From positions 1-40,595 of the IMG/VR virus record IMGVR_UViG_3300049483_000094: a stretch of 40,595 nt of DNA; one strand, given 5' to 3'. The DNA is from a virus. Its lineage: Duplodnaviria; Caudoviricetes. The notes under the pieces are model-generated. The model did not search any database and was not told the DNA's origin. It worked only from the letters and a program-made list of their open reading frames with translations. The position numbers and the translations under genes are program-made. Position 1 is the first letter of the stretch. The number at the start of each line of letters is the position of its first letter. Positions 6,366 through 15,673 of the stretch are shown here, in pieces.

Positions 6366-8410
6366 GCAAACTTGGCTTTCACATCGGCGCACATCCAACC
6401 GGCCTGCTTGAACTGCTGCGCGATACCGCTTCGGCTGGCTCGCCTGTGCCGGTGGTGTTTGCGCTCGATCAGAACGTCGCCAGTCAGCGCAACGAATACA
6501 GTCCATCCACGCTGATCGTTTATCGTGATCAGCGGTTCGGCTCAGACAATGGCAATATGTACGTGGGTGATGGTCATGCCGCCGGTCATGCGTGGGCGCG
6601 TAAACTCATTCCCTACTGGCAACTTAACCCCGCTGATTTCTACGCGCCGATCAATGAGCCGGGACGCGGCGACCTTGATGGCCTGTTGTGGCTCAATGCG
6701 TTCTATCAGGGTTGCATGGACGAAGCACAAGACGCGGGTCTGCGCTTGTGTGTCGGTGAGTGGTCAACCGGCAAGCCTCCCATTGATTCAGCCAGCATTG
6801 CCACGATCACGCCGATGCTACGGCAGGCCGCCGCCAATGGGCACGTCCTCGGACTACATGAATATAGCCTCGACGGGCCGATGATCGGCAACCCGCTATG
6901 CACGCGCTATCGCCAGATGTATGCGGCGCTGCCGTTGGATGCCCGTCCGCGTATCGTCATATCTGAGGCTGGCCCTGACAGCGGCTATGGTGCAGGTTAC
7001 ACGCTTCAGGACTATGTCGATGTGGTGGGCGCGTATGACTTGGAGATCACCAAAGACGACTACGTGATCGGTGCGTGCTTATTCAACTACGGCGGCAACG
7101 AAAACGATCTGACTGAAGCCGTGCCGCTGCTCAAGCAGTGGATCATCGATCATCCGGCGCCGCCCGATTCAACGACGTCACTTGAGGAGCGTGTCACCGA
7201 ATTAGAGATTGCGATCCGCGCCAACACGGTCGCGCATCAGGCGTTACGCGACGATTTGCTCGTCTTTCAATCGCTGCTGATGGACTTGGACACGCGGGTA
7301 ACGGCGCTCGAAGGCGCAACACCTCCGCCGCCGCCTGCACCGGTCGAGTCTGCACAGGGCGCGACTATGCCGCCGCTGCCTGAGTTGATCGACGCTGCCG
7401 GCGCGTGCTGGACATTCGCGGCGGCTTCAACGATTCACGGTCATTACATTTTGCGCAACGATGAAATCTTCGCAGGCGGCATGGGTGAATTATTGCTGTA
7501 CTGGAATCGGGCGATCTACACGCGCAATGCTGAGCAGAAATGGTATCGCGCTGATGGGGCGGGCTGGACGATTGTCGCCGGTGATCCGCGACCGGTTGTG
7601 CCGCCGCCGCCGCCGACTGTGCCAGTGGTGCGCGGCCTGCACATGCGGGCCGATGGCAACAGCAATCTGCTGGATTTCGAGTGCCTCACTACCGCCAAAC
7701 TTACCGGCGCGAAGATAATGAGCAACACATCATTCGGAGAACTGGACAGCCTGATCGGGCTTGTGCCCTCGTCTAATATTCTCTTTCGTCTATTCGCGGC
7801 GGGCAACGATCCGATCTGGCGTGATGCGGCCCGCTTCTTTGACGTGCATCGCGCCTGGTTTGATCGGTTGGCGCTGCGCGGCGTATCGTGGATTGAAGTC
7901 GGCAATGAAAACAACTTGCCGCAAGAGGGCGGTTTCGCATCAGCGGCGGTGTTCGCTGATTTCTACCGGCGCGTGGTTGACCTGATTCGCGCTGCCTATC
8001 CTGGCAAATTCAAAGTGGTTTATCCTGGCCTGTCGCCTCAGCCGAATGTGCCAGAATGGATGACGTCCATTCAAACGCTGATCAATGAGGGGCGCGTTGA
8101 TTTAGTCGGCGTGCATAGTTACTGGATTGATGCTGCCGACATGAACGATGAAACGGGCGGGCGCTTCTATCGGCGCTTTATCGCGCTGGGCAAGCCGTTG
8201 ATTATGAGCGAGTTTGCGAATGTCGGCGTTATCTCGACGGATGCGGACAAAGGACGCGAGTACAAGTCATATTACGCCTCGCTTGAGTCCAGCGTCAAGG
8301 CGGCTTACTGCTTCGTCTCATCGGCCAGCGATCCGGCGTTTACCAAGTCGCGGCAGACGTGGGTCAGGAACGGGGCGCTGACTGACATCCCAAGGCAGGC
8401 GGGAGCATGA
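6362..8410 (+). CDS. Tandem clan GH-A-like glycoside hydrolase with two catalytic domains; putative lysin
   Basis: Domain 1: INEP...GLHEY...VISEAG. Domain 2: VGNENN...GVHSYW...IMSEFAN. Joined by a coiled coil, Pro-rich linkers and a small Trp-rich module. Confidence 0.65.
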   Translation: MSKLGFHIGAHPTGLLELLRDTASAGSPVPVVFALDQNVASQRNEYSPSTLIVYRDQRFGSDNGNMYVGDGHAAGHAWARKLIPYWQLNPADFYAPINEPGRGDLDGLLWLNAFYQGCMDEAQDAGLRLCVGEWSTGKPPIDSASIATITPMLRQAAANGHVLGLHEYSLDGPMIGNPLCTRYRQMYAALPLDARPRIVISEAGPDSGYGAGYTLQDYVDVVGAYDLEITKDDYVIGACLFNYGGNENDLTEAVPLLKQWIIDHPAPPDSTTSLEERVTELEIAIRANTVAHQALRDDLLVFQSLLMDLDTRVTALEGATPPPPPAPVESAQGATMPPLPELIDAAGACWTFAAASTIHGHYILRNDEIFAGGMGELLLYWNRAIYTRNAEQKWYRADGAGWTIVAGDPRPVVPPPPPTVPVVRGLHMRADGNSNLLDFECLTTAKLTGAKIMSNTSFGELDSLIGLVPSSNILFRLFAAGNDPIWRDAARFFDVHRAWFDRLALRGVSWIEVGNENNLPQEGGFASAAVFADFYRRVVDLIRAAYPGKFKVVYPGLSPQPNVPEWMTSIQTLINEGRVDLVGVHSYWIDAADMNDETGGRFYRRFIALGKPLIMSEFANVGVISTDADKGREYKSYYASLESSVKAAYCFVSSASDPAFTKSRQTWVRNGALTDIPRQAGA

Positions 8411-8928
8411 CAAATTACGATTGTACGACTGATGTTTACAAACACAAAAGCAAGGTTACATACTGGCTCGAAGATGCCGCACATATTTTAATCGGGCGAG
8501 CAAAGCAACATGATATTAGTAAATTGCAAGACCCAGAAAAGGCTATGTTTGATGTTTACACTCCGAAATTAAAAGAACTCAAATTTGGCAGTGATGAATA
8601 TAAACAATCTTTGTTGGAAATGGGTGAAGCGCTCAAGCACCACTATGCGGTTAATCGTCACCATCCAGAGCATTACGAAAACGGCGTCAATGGTATGTCG
8701 TTGTATGATTTGGTCGAGATGTTTTGTGACTGGCTAGCGGCGGCAGAGGCTAATGGTAAGTCGCTTGATATGAACTATCTTTCAAATAGATTCAATTTAT
8801 CCCCGCAATTGGTCGATATTTTGATCAATACCATGAATGATGTCGATTTCTGGAATGAGGTCAATGGCGTGCCAGTGACATATTTCTCACCAGAGGACAG
8901 GCGCAATCAATATAAGGTGATGCTATGA
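8407..8928 (+). CDS. DUF5662-like HD-superfamily protein
   Basis: H...HDISKL...HHYAVNRHHPEHY...EMFCDW; visibly more AT-rich than its flanks. Confidence 0.7.
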   Translation: MTNYDCTTDVYKHKSKVTYWLEDAAHILIGRAKQHDISKLQDPEKAMFDVYTPKLKELKFGSDEYKQSLLEMGEALKHHYAVNRHHPEHYENGVNGMSLYDLVEMFCDWLAAAEANGKSLDMNYLSNRFNLSPQLVDILINTMNDVDFWNEVNGVPVTYFSPEDRRNQYKVML

Positions 8929-9491
8929 CGGCCACGCTTGACGAACTACGCGACCAACTGCAAGCCGCGCTAGACATGCTCGACGAGATCATGACCGTAC
9001 CGCCTGCGCCTGTCATCTACTCGCAGCGTGATCCGCGCTGGGCGTCGATGCCGTTGGGCCTGAGCCTGTCCACCATCGGGCAAGAGGGTTGTCTGATCAC
9101 AGACGCCGCGCAGATGTTGACCGAACTTGGCCGCACTATTTCGCCGGGTATCTTGAACGAATGGCTAAAGACACACGGCGGATACGTCAGCGGCAATCAT
9201 TTTGTGTTCGCGTCCATTGACCAATTCGGCCTGACGAAGTTTCGCACGCTGGGCGAATGCGTCAATAAGCTTGCACCGCTAGACACGCTGGATCGGGCGC
9301 TTTCGCAGGGCGCCTATGTCATCGCAAAAGTTGACTTCAGTCCGGGCGGCATTGTCCAGCAACATTGGGTCATCTATCGCGGTGAAGAGATGCTAACCGA
9401 TCCGTGGTATGGTGATCGGGCGTCGTTTACCCGCTATGGCAAAAATGTTACAATAGCCATCATCGGGTATGCGATTTATGATCGGGTATAA
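8925..9491 (+). CDS. C39-like cysteine peptidase (putative lysin)
   Basis: YSQRDPRW...TIGQEGCLIT...QHWV...DPW (Cys/His/Asp); short N-terminal coiled segment. Confidence 0.75.
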   Translation: MTATLDELRDQLQAALDMLDEIMTVPPAPVIYSQRDPRWASMPLGLSLSTIGQEGCLITDAAQMLTELGRTISPGILNEWLKTHGGYVSGNHFVFASIDQFGLTKFRTLGECVNKLAPLDTLDRALSQGAYVIAKVDFSPGGIVQQHWVIYRGEEMLTDPWYGDRASFTRYGKNVTIAIIGYAIYDRV

Positions 9492-9500
9492 GGGAGTAGC

Positions 9501-9683
9501 ATGAGTCTGATTAATTTGCTGGTCGTGGTACTGGTTCTCGCGCTGGTCTGGTGGTTGGTGACAACGTACCTGCTGCCCGTTGTGCCGCAGCCGTTCAAGA
9601 CGATCATCATCGTCATTCTGGTGATCATCGCGATTCTGCTGCTGTTGGGTCTGATCGGTATCGGGCCGGGGATTCGCCTGTGA
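9501..9683 (+). CDS. Small two-TM hydrophobic membrane protein (Thivi_2564-like)
   Basis: Almost entirely hydrophobic with a P-x-P-F-K-T hinge; AAGGGAG RBS. Confidence 0.7.
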   Translation: MSLINLLVVVLVLALVWWLVTTYLLPVVPQPFKTIIIVILVIIAILLLLGLIGIGPGIRL

Positions 9684-9889
9684 CGACACCGCCGCGTATT
9701 ATCATCGACCGTGAGACGAAAGCCGCCGAGGTTACGCGGCTCGTCGCGGTCGCGCACCATGAAGCGCAGCGCCGCAAACGCTGGCTGACGGTCGGGCGCG
9801 TGGCGTGGTCGGTGTTCGTGATCGTGTGCATCGTGGCGATTGTGGCGGGCTGTGCGCTGCTGGGCGTGATGCTGCTGGGGGCGAGATGA
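9680..9889 (+). CDS. Small protein with C-terminal TM helix
   Basis: GTG start at 9680 overlapping the previous stop; basic patch followed by a hydrophobic helix. Confidence 0.6.
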   Translation: MTTPPRIIIDRETKAAEVTRLVAVAHHEAQRRKRWLTVGRVAWSVFVIVCIVAIVAGCALLGVMLLGAR

Positions 9890-11115
9890 CTGCGCCTGTC
9901 TGGACGAATGTCACCGTCAAGTTATCCGATCTTGTGCCGTGGGAACACAACCCGCGCACGATGACGAAGCGGCAGGCCAGGCGGCTGATCACGTCATGGC
10001 AAACGCTCGGCCAGTTTCAGACCATCGCCATCGGGCCGGACTGTCAAGTATATGACGGTCATCAGCGGCTATCGGCTTTGCTGACTGTTTACGGCGCGGG
10101 TTATGCGGTTGAAGCGCGGCAGAGCGAGCGCGTGCTAAATGAGGACGAGCGCCGCTATCTGATCACGCAGGCGAATCTGCCCGTTGGCGCGTGGAACTTT
10201 GAGGAGATCGCGGGCTGGCCTGAGGCTATCGAGTGGGGCTTCGATGACGAGATATTGAAAACATGGAACGCTGACGGCGCGGCGTTGGCGACGATGCTAC
10301 AGGCAAACGAGGCAGACGGTGATGCAGACGCCGAGCCACAGATTGATCGGGCCGCAGAACTCAATGAGAAGTGGCAGGTCAAGACGGGCGACCTATGGCG
10401 CATCGGTGAGCATCGGCTATTGTGCGGGGATAGCACGAAGCGCGAGGACGTTGATCGGGTGATGCAAGGGGAGAAGGCTGGCGCGTGCGTTACTGATCCA
10501 CCCTATAATGTCGGAAAAGAATTTGAGAATGATAAACTTGGCAAAACTGCATTCGATGAATTTAATAATTTGTGGATAGATAAGATTCCGAGTTCTTGCG
10601 GCGTGTTGATTGCGTGTCATTCTCCACAAACATTTATTTCCGTTTTGGATTCGGCTAGATTGTTTGATTGGCGTTTTGGTCGAATGCTTTGGTTGTGGAA
10701 GCCGGGTACTGCTTTTAATGTTGTGCCGTGGCATGGATGGGCGCGGCGTAGTGAATGTATTTTAGTTTTTGAGCGCAATGCCGTTTGGCCGGAATGGGTT
10801 GATTATCACCCTGATATGTATGATCACAAGAAGCGTGAGGGTGCGACCGAAGACACGGTTGATTCTGAAATTGTGTTGCATCCAACAGTGAAACCTCTAT
10901 GGGTTATACAGGATTTACTAAATCATACGGTGGGTAATAACTATGAACCGTTCGCGGGTAGCGGTACAACTCTCGTCGCCTGTGAGAATCTACACCGCAA
11001 GTGCCGCGCCATTGAGATCAGCCCGAACTATTGCGCCGTCATCTTAGAGCGCATGGCGACGGCGTTCCTTGGTATCGAGATCGAACGATTAGAATCTACG
11101 AACTCAACACTATAA
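9886..11115 (+). CDS. ParB-N-like domain fused to a DNA N6/N4 methyltransferase
   Basis: ATG 9886; LVPWEHNPR...DGHQRL (ParB-like); HRLLCGDST, TDPPY, HPTVKP, EPFAGSGTT; usual position before terS. Confidence 0.88.
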   Translation: MTAPVWTNVTVKLSDLVPWEHNPRTMTKRQARRLITSWQTLGQFQTIAIGPDCQVYDGHQRLSALLTVYGAGYAVEARQSERVLNEDERRYLITQANLPVGAWNFEEIAGWPEAIEWGFDDEILKTWNADGAALATMLQANEADGDADAEPQIDRAAELNEKWQVKTGDLWRIGEHRLLCGDSTKREDVDRVMQGEKAGACVTDPPYNVGKEFENDKLGKTAFDEFNNLWIDKIPSSCGVLIACHSPQTFISVLDSARLFDWRFGRMLWLWKPGTAFNVVPWHGWARRSECILVFERNAVWPEWVDYHPDMYDHKKREGATEDTVDSEIVLHPTVKPLWVIQDLLNHTVGNNYEPFAGSGTTLVACENLHRKCRAIEISPNYCAVILERMATAFLGIEIERLESTNSTL

Positions 11116-11125
11116 AAGGGTAGTC

Positions 11126-11518
11126 ATGCCAAGTGGGATTAGAATCGACAGGAAGCAGTTAGAGCAGGCCCTACGCGCCAACTATGGCAACGTGTCAGTT
11201 GCCGCGCAGAAGATGGGCATTGACCGCACGACCGTTTACAACTACGTCAAGCGGTATCCGAGCGTGGGCAAGATCATCGACGACGCCCGCGAGCATCTGG
11301 TCGATCTGGCCGAGGCGTCGATCGGCAAGATGATCACGGAGGGCAACCCGGCGGCGGTGATCTTCACGCTCAAGACGCAGGGGCGCGGGCGTGGGTGGAT
11401 AGAACGAATGGAGTTAGAGCATAGTGGCGACCAGGACAAACCAATCGCTATCGTTGTCAAACACGTTAGAGATAACGCTGCCGGAACTACACCGGGCGCA
11501 ACAGACGATCAAGGATGA
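11126..11518 (+). CDS. terS: Terminase small subunit
   Basis: N-terminal HTH (GNVSVAAQKMGIDRTTVYNY); AVIFTLKTQGRGRGW; directly before terL. Confidence 0.8.
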   Translation: MPSGIRIDRKQLEQALRANYGNVSVAAQKMGIDRTTVYNYVKRYPSVGKIIDDAREHLVDLAEASIGKMITEGNPAAVIFTLKTQGRGRGWIERMELEHSGDQDKPIAIVVKHVRDNAAGTTPGATDDQG

Positions 11519-12662
11519 GGCGCGGCGCTTCAACGTGTTGCGCTGCGGTAGGCGCTTTGGCAAAAACATTGTGGGGCATGAGTTGGTGATCGATACGGCG
11601 CTGGCTGGCCTGCCTGCTGCATGGTGCGCGCCGAGTTATCCGGAAGTCGCAGAGGATTGGCGCGACATTTACGGCAAGGTATTTCAGGTTATCGTCAACA
11701 GCGACAAGACGGAAAAGCGGATCGAATTGATAACGGGCGGCTCGATCAAGATGTGGTCGTTGGATGGTAAACAGTCGATGCGCGGCAATAAGTATGCCCG
11801 CGTTGTGATCAACGAAGCCGCCAAGATTCCGCAACTGGAAACGGACTGGAATGAGGTGATTCGCGCAACGCTGGCTGACCTGAAGGGCGATGCGTGGTTT
11901 CTGTCCACGCCGCGCGGGTTCAATTTCTTTCACACGCTATACAAGCGGCATGAGGATGACCCGACGTGGGCGGGCTGGCACTTCACCACTTACGATAACC
12001 CGTATATTGATCGGGCTGAGATTGCCGACTTGAAGCGCACGCTGCCCGAGCGCGTTTTCAGTCAAGAGATCATGGCCGAGTTTTTGCCCGACGGGTCATA
12101 CTTCCAGAACATCGACGCGGCAGCGGTCATCACTGAACCTGACAAGCCCGATCGGCACACGGGTCATCATGTGGTGATGGGTGTCGATTGGGCCAAGTCC
12201 GCCGACTTCACCGTGCTAACAGTCGGCTGTCGTGATTGTAATCGCGTCGTGGATTGGCAACGGTTTAATCAGATTGACTACCACTATCAGCGCGGGAGAT
12301 TGGCTGACATGGCAAAGCGTTGGTCAATCGGTGCTATACTTGCGGAGTCAAACAGCATTGGCGAGCCGAACATCGAGGAACTACAGCGGGCGGGTTTGCC
12401 GGTGCAGGGCTTCACGACTACAGCGGCGAGCAAGGCGGACATGATAGAGGCGCTGCATCTGGCGCTTGTCAATGATGGGCTGAAAGTGCCGACTGATTAC
12501 GCCGATGAGTTACGCGCATTTGAAATTGAGATACGCGCCGGCGCTCCCAAGTTCGGCGCGCCCAGCGGCCTGCATGATGACCGCGTGATCTCGCTGGCGC
12601 TGTGTAATCGGGCGATGACGCATGGCAGCGTGACCACGTTCGCCAATCCGTTCTATAACTGA
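11424..12662 (+). CDS. terL: Terminase large subunit (start uncertain; overlaps terS)
   Basis: CGRRFGKN (Walker A), VVINEAA (Walker B), LSTPRG, GVDWAKSADFTV and HDDRVISLAL nuclease motifs. Confidence 0.93.
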   Translation: MATRTNQSLSLSNTLEITLPELHRAQQTIKDEARRFNVLRCGRRFGKNIVGHELVIDTALAGLPAAWCAPSYPEVAEDWRDIYGKVFQVIVNSDKTEKRIELITGGSIKMWSLDGKQSMRGNKYARVVINEAAKIPQLETDWNEVIRATLADLKGDAWFLSTPRGFNFFHTLYKRHEDDPTWAGWHFTTYDNPYIDRAEIADLKRTLPERVFSQEIMAEFLPDGSYFQNIDAAAVITEPDKPDRHTGHHVVMGVDWAKSADFTVLTVGCRDCNRVVDWQRFNQIDYHYQRGRLADMAKRWSIGAILAESNSIGEPNIEELQRAGLPVQGFTTTAASKADMIEALHLALVNDGLKVPTDYADELRAFEIEIRAGAPKFGAPSGLHDDRVISLALCNRAMTHGSVTTFANPFYN

Positions 12663-12673
12663 GGCGGTGACAC

Positions 12674-14125
12674 ATGGGACTGACTGACACACTACGCGAG
12701 CGCATTTATAACTGGCTCATTCCCGGCTCGCTGGAAGATCAAGAGCGGCTGATGATGTTACGCGCCTATGAGAAGCGGCGCGAATACCGCGAGGGCGTCC
12801 AGCGGCAGAATTTGAAAGTCAAGCCATTTCAGGCCGATGACAATCTGACGCTGAACTTCACCGGACTGATCGTGGACCGTGGGATCGCAATGCTGATGGG
12901 TGAGGGGCTTGACTTCGACTTTCCCGGCGACGACGAGAACGACCCGCGAGCGCAGTACATCGACGCAATGATCGAAGCGAATGTGTACCCGATCTTCCTG
13001 CACAAGATCGCGCAACTCGGCGGCACATACGGCACGACATACGTCAAGATTCTGCCGGGTGCGCTGCCCGGTGGCCTGCCGCGCTTAGTGCCGATCAATC
13101 CGCAGTGGATTATGCCGACATCGCTACCCGATGACATGGACACGGTTTTCAGGTACACCATTCAGTACAACGCTGAGGATGAAGAAACCGAGAAGATGGT
13201 GGCCTACAAAGAGGTCACCGAGCATTTGCGGACGGTCGAAGGCTTTGCAGATTCGTGGTCAGTCAAAAACTATGTGGCGCGTGAGAACACAGGCGGACGC
13301 TGGGAGTTGGTTAGCGATGTGCTATGGCCGCATGAGTTTCCGCCGATTATCCACTGGCAGAACCTACCGAACGCTGAGGAAGTGCTGGGCGATCCAGACA
13401 TCACCGATGATATGATTGCCATTCAGGACGGCTTGAACTTTGTCGCGTCAAACGTGCAGCGCATTATCCGCTATCACGCGCATCCTAAGACGTGGGGCAA
13501 GGGCGCAAACCTCGGCAATACTACGTCATGGGGCGCGGATGAAGTTGTGATGTTCAACGACCCTAACTCTATTTTGTCCAATCTCGAAATGCAAAGTGAC
13601 CTCGCCTCGTCGCGTGAGTTCCTGCACTATCTGCGCGGCGTGCTGTTTGACATCTCACGCACGGTTGACATTAGTAGCATGACCGACAAGTTAGGCGCGT
13701 TGACCAACTTCGGGCTGCGTGTGCTATACAAAGACGCGCTCGACAAACTCAAGTCAAAGCGTGAACTGTACGGCTGGGGATTGAGTGAGATCAATCGCCG
13801 CTGCCTGATTCTGGCGGGCATTGCCACGGACACCGGCGGCGAAGTCGTGTGGCCTGAGCCGTTGCCGACAAACCTGATCGAACAGGCGCAGGCGTTGCAG
13901 ATCGAGATGGGCTTAGGGCTGGTTGACAAGCAGACCGCCGCGACCGAGTTGGGTTACGATTGGGAAGTCATCAGCGAGCGGCTGGCCGAGGAGCAACAGG
14001 GCGCGACGAATTTGGGCGATCAACTGTTGCGGGCGTTTGAACAGGGGCAAGGCGGAAGCACGACCGGCCAGCAGCCGGCGCAACTGCAACAGGTGCAACA
14101 GGGCGCGGATCAAATGGCACAATAA
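12674..14125 (+). CDS. Portal protein (SPP1 gp6-like)
   Basis: 483 aa directly after terL; NFTGLIVD, PPIIHWQNLP and QDGLN pattern. Confidence 0.85.
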   Translation: MGLTDTLRERIYNWLIPGSLEDQERLMMLRAYEKRREYREGVQRQNLKVKPFQADDNLTLNFTGLIVDRGIAMLMGEGLDFDFPGDDENDPRAQYIDAMIEANVYPIFLHKIAQLGGTYGTTYVKILPGALPGGLPRLVPINPQWIMPTSLPDDMDTVFRYTIQYNAEDEETEKMVAYKEVTEHLRTVEGFADSWSVKNYVARENTGGRWELVSDVLWPHEFPPIIHWQNLPNAEEVLGDPDITDDMIAIQDGLNFVASNVQRIIRYHAHPKTWGKGANLGNTTSWGADEVVMFNDPNSILSNLEMQSDLASSREFLHYLRGVLFDISRTVDISSMTDKLGALTNFGLRVLYKDALDKLKSKRELYGWGLSEINRRCLILAGIATDTGGEVVWPEPLPTNLIEQAQALQIEMGLGLVDKQTAATELGYDWEVISERLAEEQQGATNLGDQLLRAFEQGQGGSTTGQQPAQLQQVQQGADQMAQ

Positions 14126-14128
14126 CCC

Positions 14129-15142
14129 ATGCCGACTAACGACCTGATCACCCTCGCCTCACAACTGGCGCTCGCCGCTGAACGGCGCGACGGGGCGGCC
14201 ATGTTGCGGATCGGGCGCGCCTACGCTCAGATGTGGCAACGACTGGCAGCACAGATCGAAGCGCTGGCGCAAGTCGTCATCGATCAGCAGATGACACCGG
14301 GGCAACTGGCGCGGCTGGGCAGATACAAATCGCTCATGGCTGAGATTGAGCGTGAGTTGACCGGCCTGTCAGTGATCACGCGCAACGAACTGAGCGTGAA
14401 TGCACAGGCGGCCATCACGCAGGCGCTAAACGATTCGCGCTCATTGATCAGCGCCGCCGCCTCACAAGCGGGCCTGACGGTCGGCTTCAACGCCCTGCCG
14501 CGTGATGCGGTGATCAGGCTGCTCGGCTTTCTCGGCAATGATTCTCCGCTGTTCGGGCGTCTGTCGCAACTGTCACCCGTTTATGCTGGCGAGATTCGCA
14601 ACCTGTTTACCACGGGCTTCGGGCTGGGCTGGAATCCGCGCAAGATAGCGGCAGAGATTCGCAAGCAGTTCGGCATGGCGTTGACGGACGCGCTGAGGAT
14701 GACACGCACGGCGGGGCTGTACGCTTACCGTGAATCGTCGCGGGCGTCCTACGTTGCCAACAGCGACACGGTGTCGGGTTGGGTGTGGCTGGCGGCGATC
14801 AACAATCCGAACGTCTGCCCGTCATGCCTGCGGATGCATGGCACAGTACACGACAATACCGAGCGGCTTAACGATCACCACAACGGGCGCTGCACGATGT
14901 TACCGTTGGTGCGGGGCTACGACAACCCCGTCACACAGACAGGTGAGGACATCTTCAACAGCATGTCAGACGCCGACAAGCGGGCTTTGCTGGGGCGGGA
15001 CTACTTCACGGCATGGCAAGACGGGTTGTATTCATTCAACGATCTGTCCAGCGAGTTTGATAACGATGTCTACGGTCCGATGCGCCGCGTTACCCCGCTG
15101 TGGCAGTTGCTGGGCGCTGAGCCGCCGGTGAGGATGCAATGA
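14129..15142 (+). CDS. MuF / SPP1 gp7-like minor head protein
   Basis: RTAGLYAYRES...WVWLA...CPSCLRMHG...HHNGRCTMLP. Confidence 0.88.
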   Translation: MPTNDLITLASQLALAAERRDGAAMLRIGRAYAQMWQRLAAQIEALAQVVIDQQMTPGQLARLGRYKSLMAEIERELTGLSVITRNELSVNAQAAITQALNDSRSLISAAASQAGLTVGFNALPRDAVIRLLGFLGNDSPLFGRLSQLSPVYAGEIRNLFTTGFGLGWNPRKIAAEIRKQFGMALTDALRMTRTAGLYAYRESSRASYVANSDTVSGWVWLAAINNPNVCPSCLRMHGTVHDNTERLNDHHNGRCTMLPLVRGYDNPVTQTGEDIFNSMSDADKRALLGRDYFTAWQDGLYSFNDLSSEFDNDVYGPMRRVTPLWQLLGAEPPVRMQ

Positions 15143-15387
15143 CCAGACGTGATCGAATCGTGGTTGTGCTGCTATCTATCTTTCTCGCGTTGATGATGAT
15201 CGGCGCGGCGGTTGCCGGCGCCAGCGAGAGCGCCAATAGCAACGGGCAGGACATTTTCTTCGATGGCCGCGTAATTCACCTGAGCGCGGCGAAGGCGTCA
15301 ACCGTGCAATCGTACTACGAGGTCACGGATTACGGAGACGTGACGGTGACGATTAGCGCCGTGACGGTGACGATGTGGACAAAATGA
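15139..15387 (+). CDS. Small protein with signal peptide or TM helix
   Basis: Basic N-terminus, hydrophobic core and a possible AVA cleavage site; ATGA overlaps. Confidence 0.6.
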   Translation: MTRRDRIVVVLLSIFLALMMIGAAVAGASESANSNGQDIFFDGRVIHLSAAKASTVQSYYEVTDYGDVTVTISAVTVTMWTK

Positions 15388-15563
15388 GCGAACAGCGCAC
15401 ACCCTATGTCACGCCGACGCGTCCGATCAGCGGCGTGTGCTATGTTGACGATGTGCCGGACGTGCGCGAGTACCTGATCAATTTACGCCGTGATTTGCTG
15501 AGAAAGGTGCGAGATTTGGATGAATTGATCGCCAGAATGCCGCAGGACGCGCCGCACGCTTGA
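15384..15563 (+). CDS. Small hypothetical protein
   Basis: ATG 15384 overlaps the previous stop; C-terminal amphipathic helix. Confidence 0.6.
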   Translation: MSEQRTPYVTPTRPISGVCYVDDVPDVREYLINLRRDLLRKVRDLDELIARMPQDAPHA

Positions 15564-15578
15564 CACCTGTGCTATACT
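15557..15578 (+). promoter_or_regulatory. Candidate late promoter 2 (CGCTTGAC motif, 7-bp spacer, extended -10)
   Basis: cgcTTGACAcctgTGcTATACT. Confidence 0.55.
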
Positions 15579-15614
15579 AAGCATACAAGCCACGCGCTGA
15601 CGTTGTGTGTCAGT

Positions 15615-15652
15615 AGCCCGCTCACCGAGATGGTGATGCGGGCTTTTCATTT
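15615..15652 (+). terminator. Intrinsic terminator or attenuator before the scaffold gene
   Basis: AGCCCGCTCACC-GAGAT-GGTGATGCGGGCT followed by TTTCATTT. Confidence 0.65.
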
Positions 15653-15673
15653 ATCCCAAAGGAGCAGAGCAAC

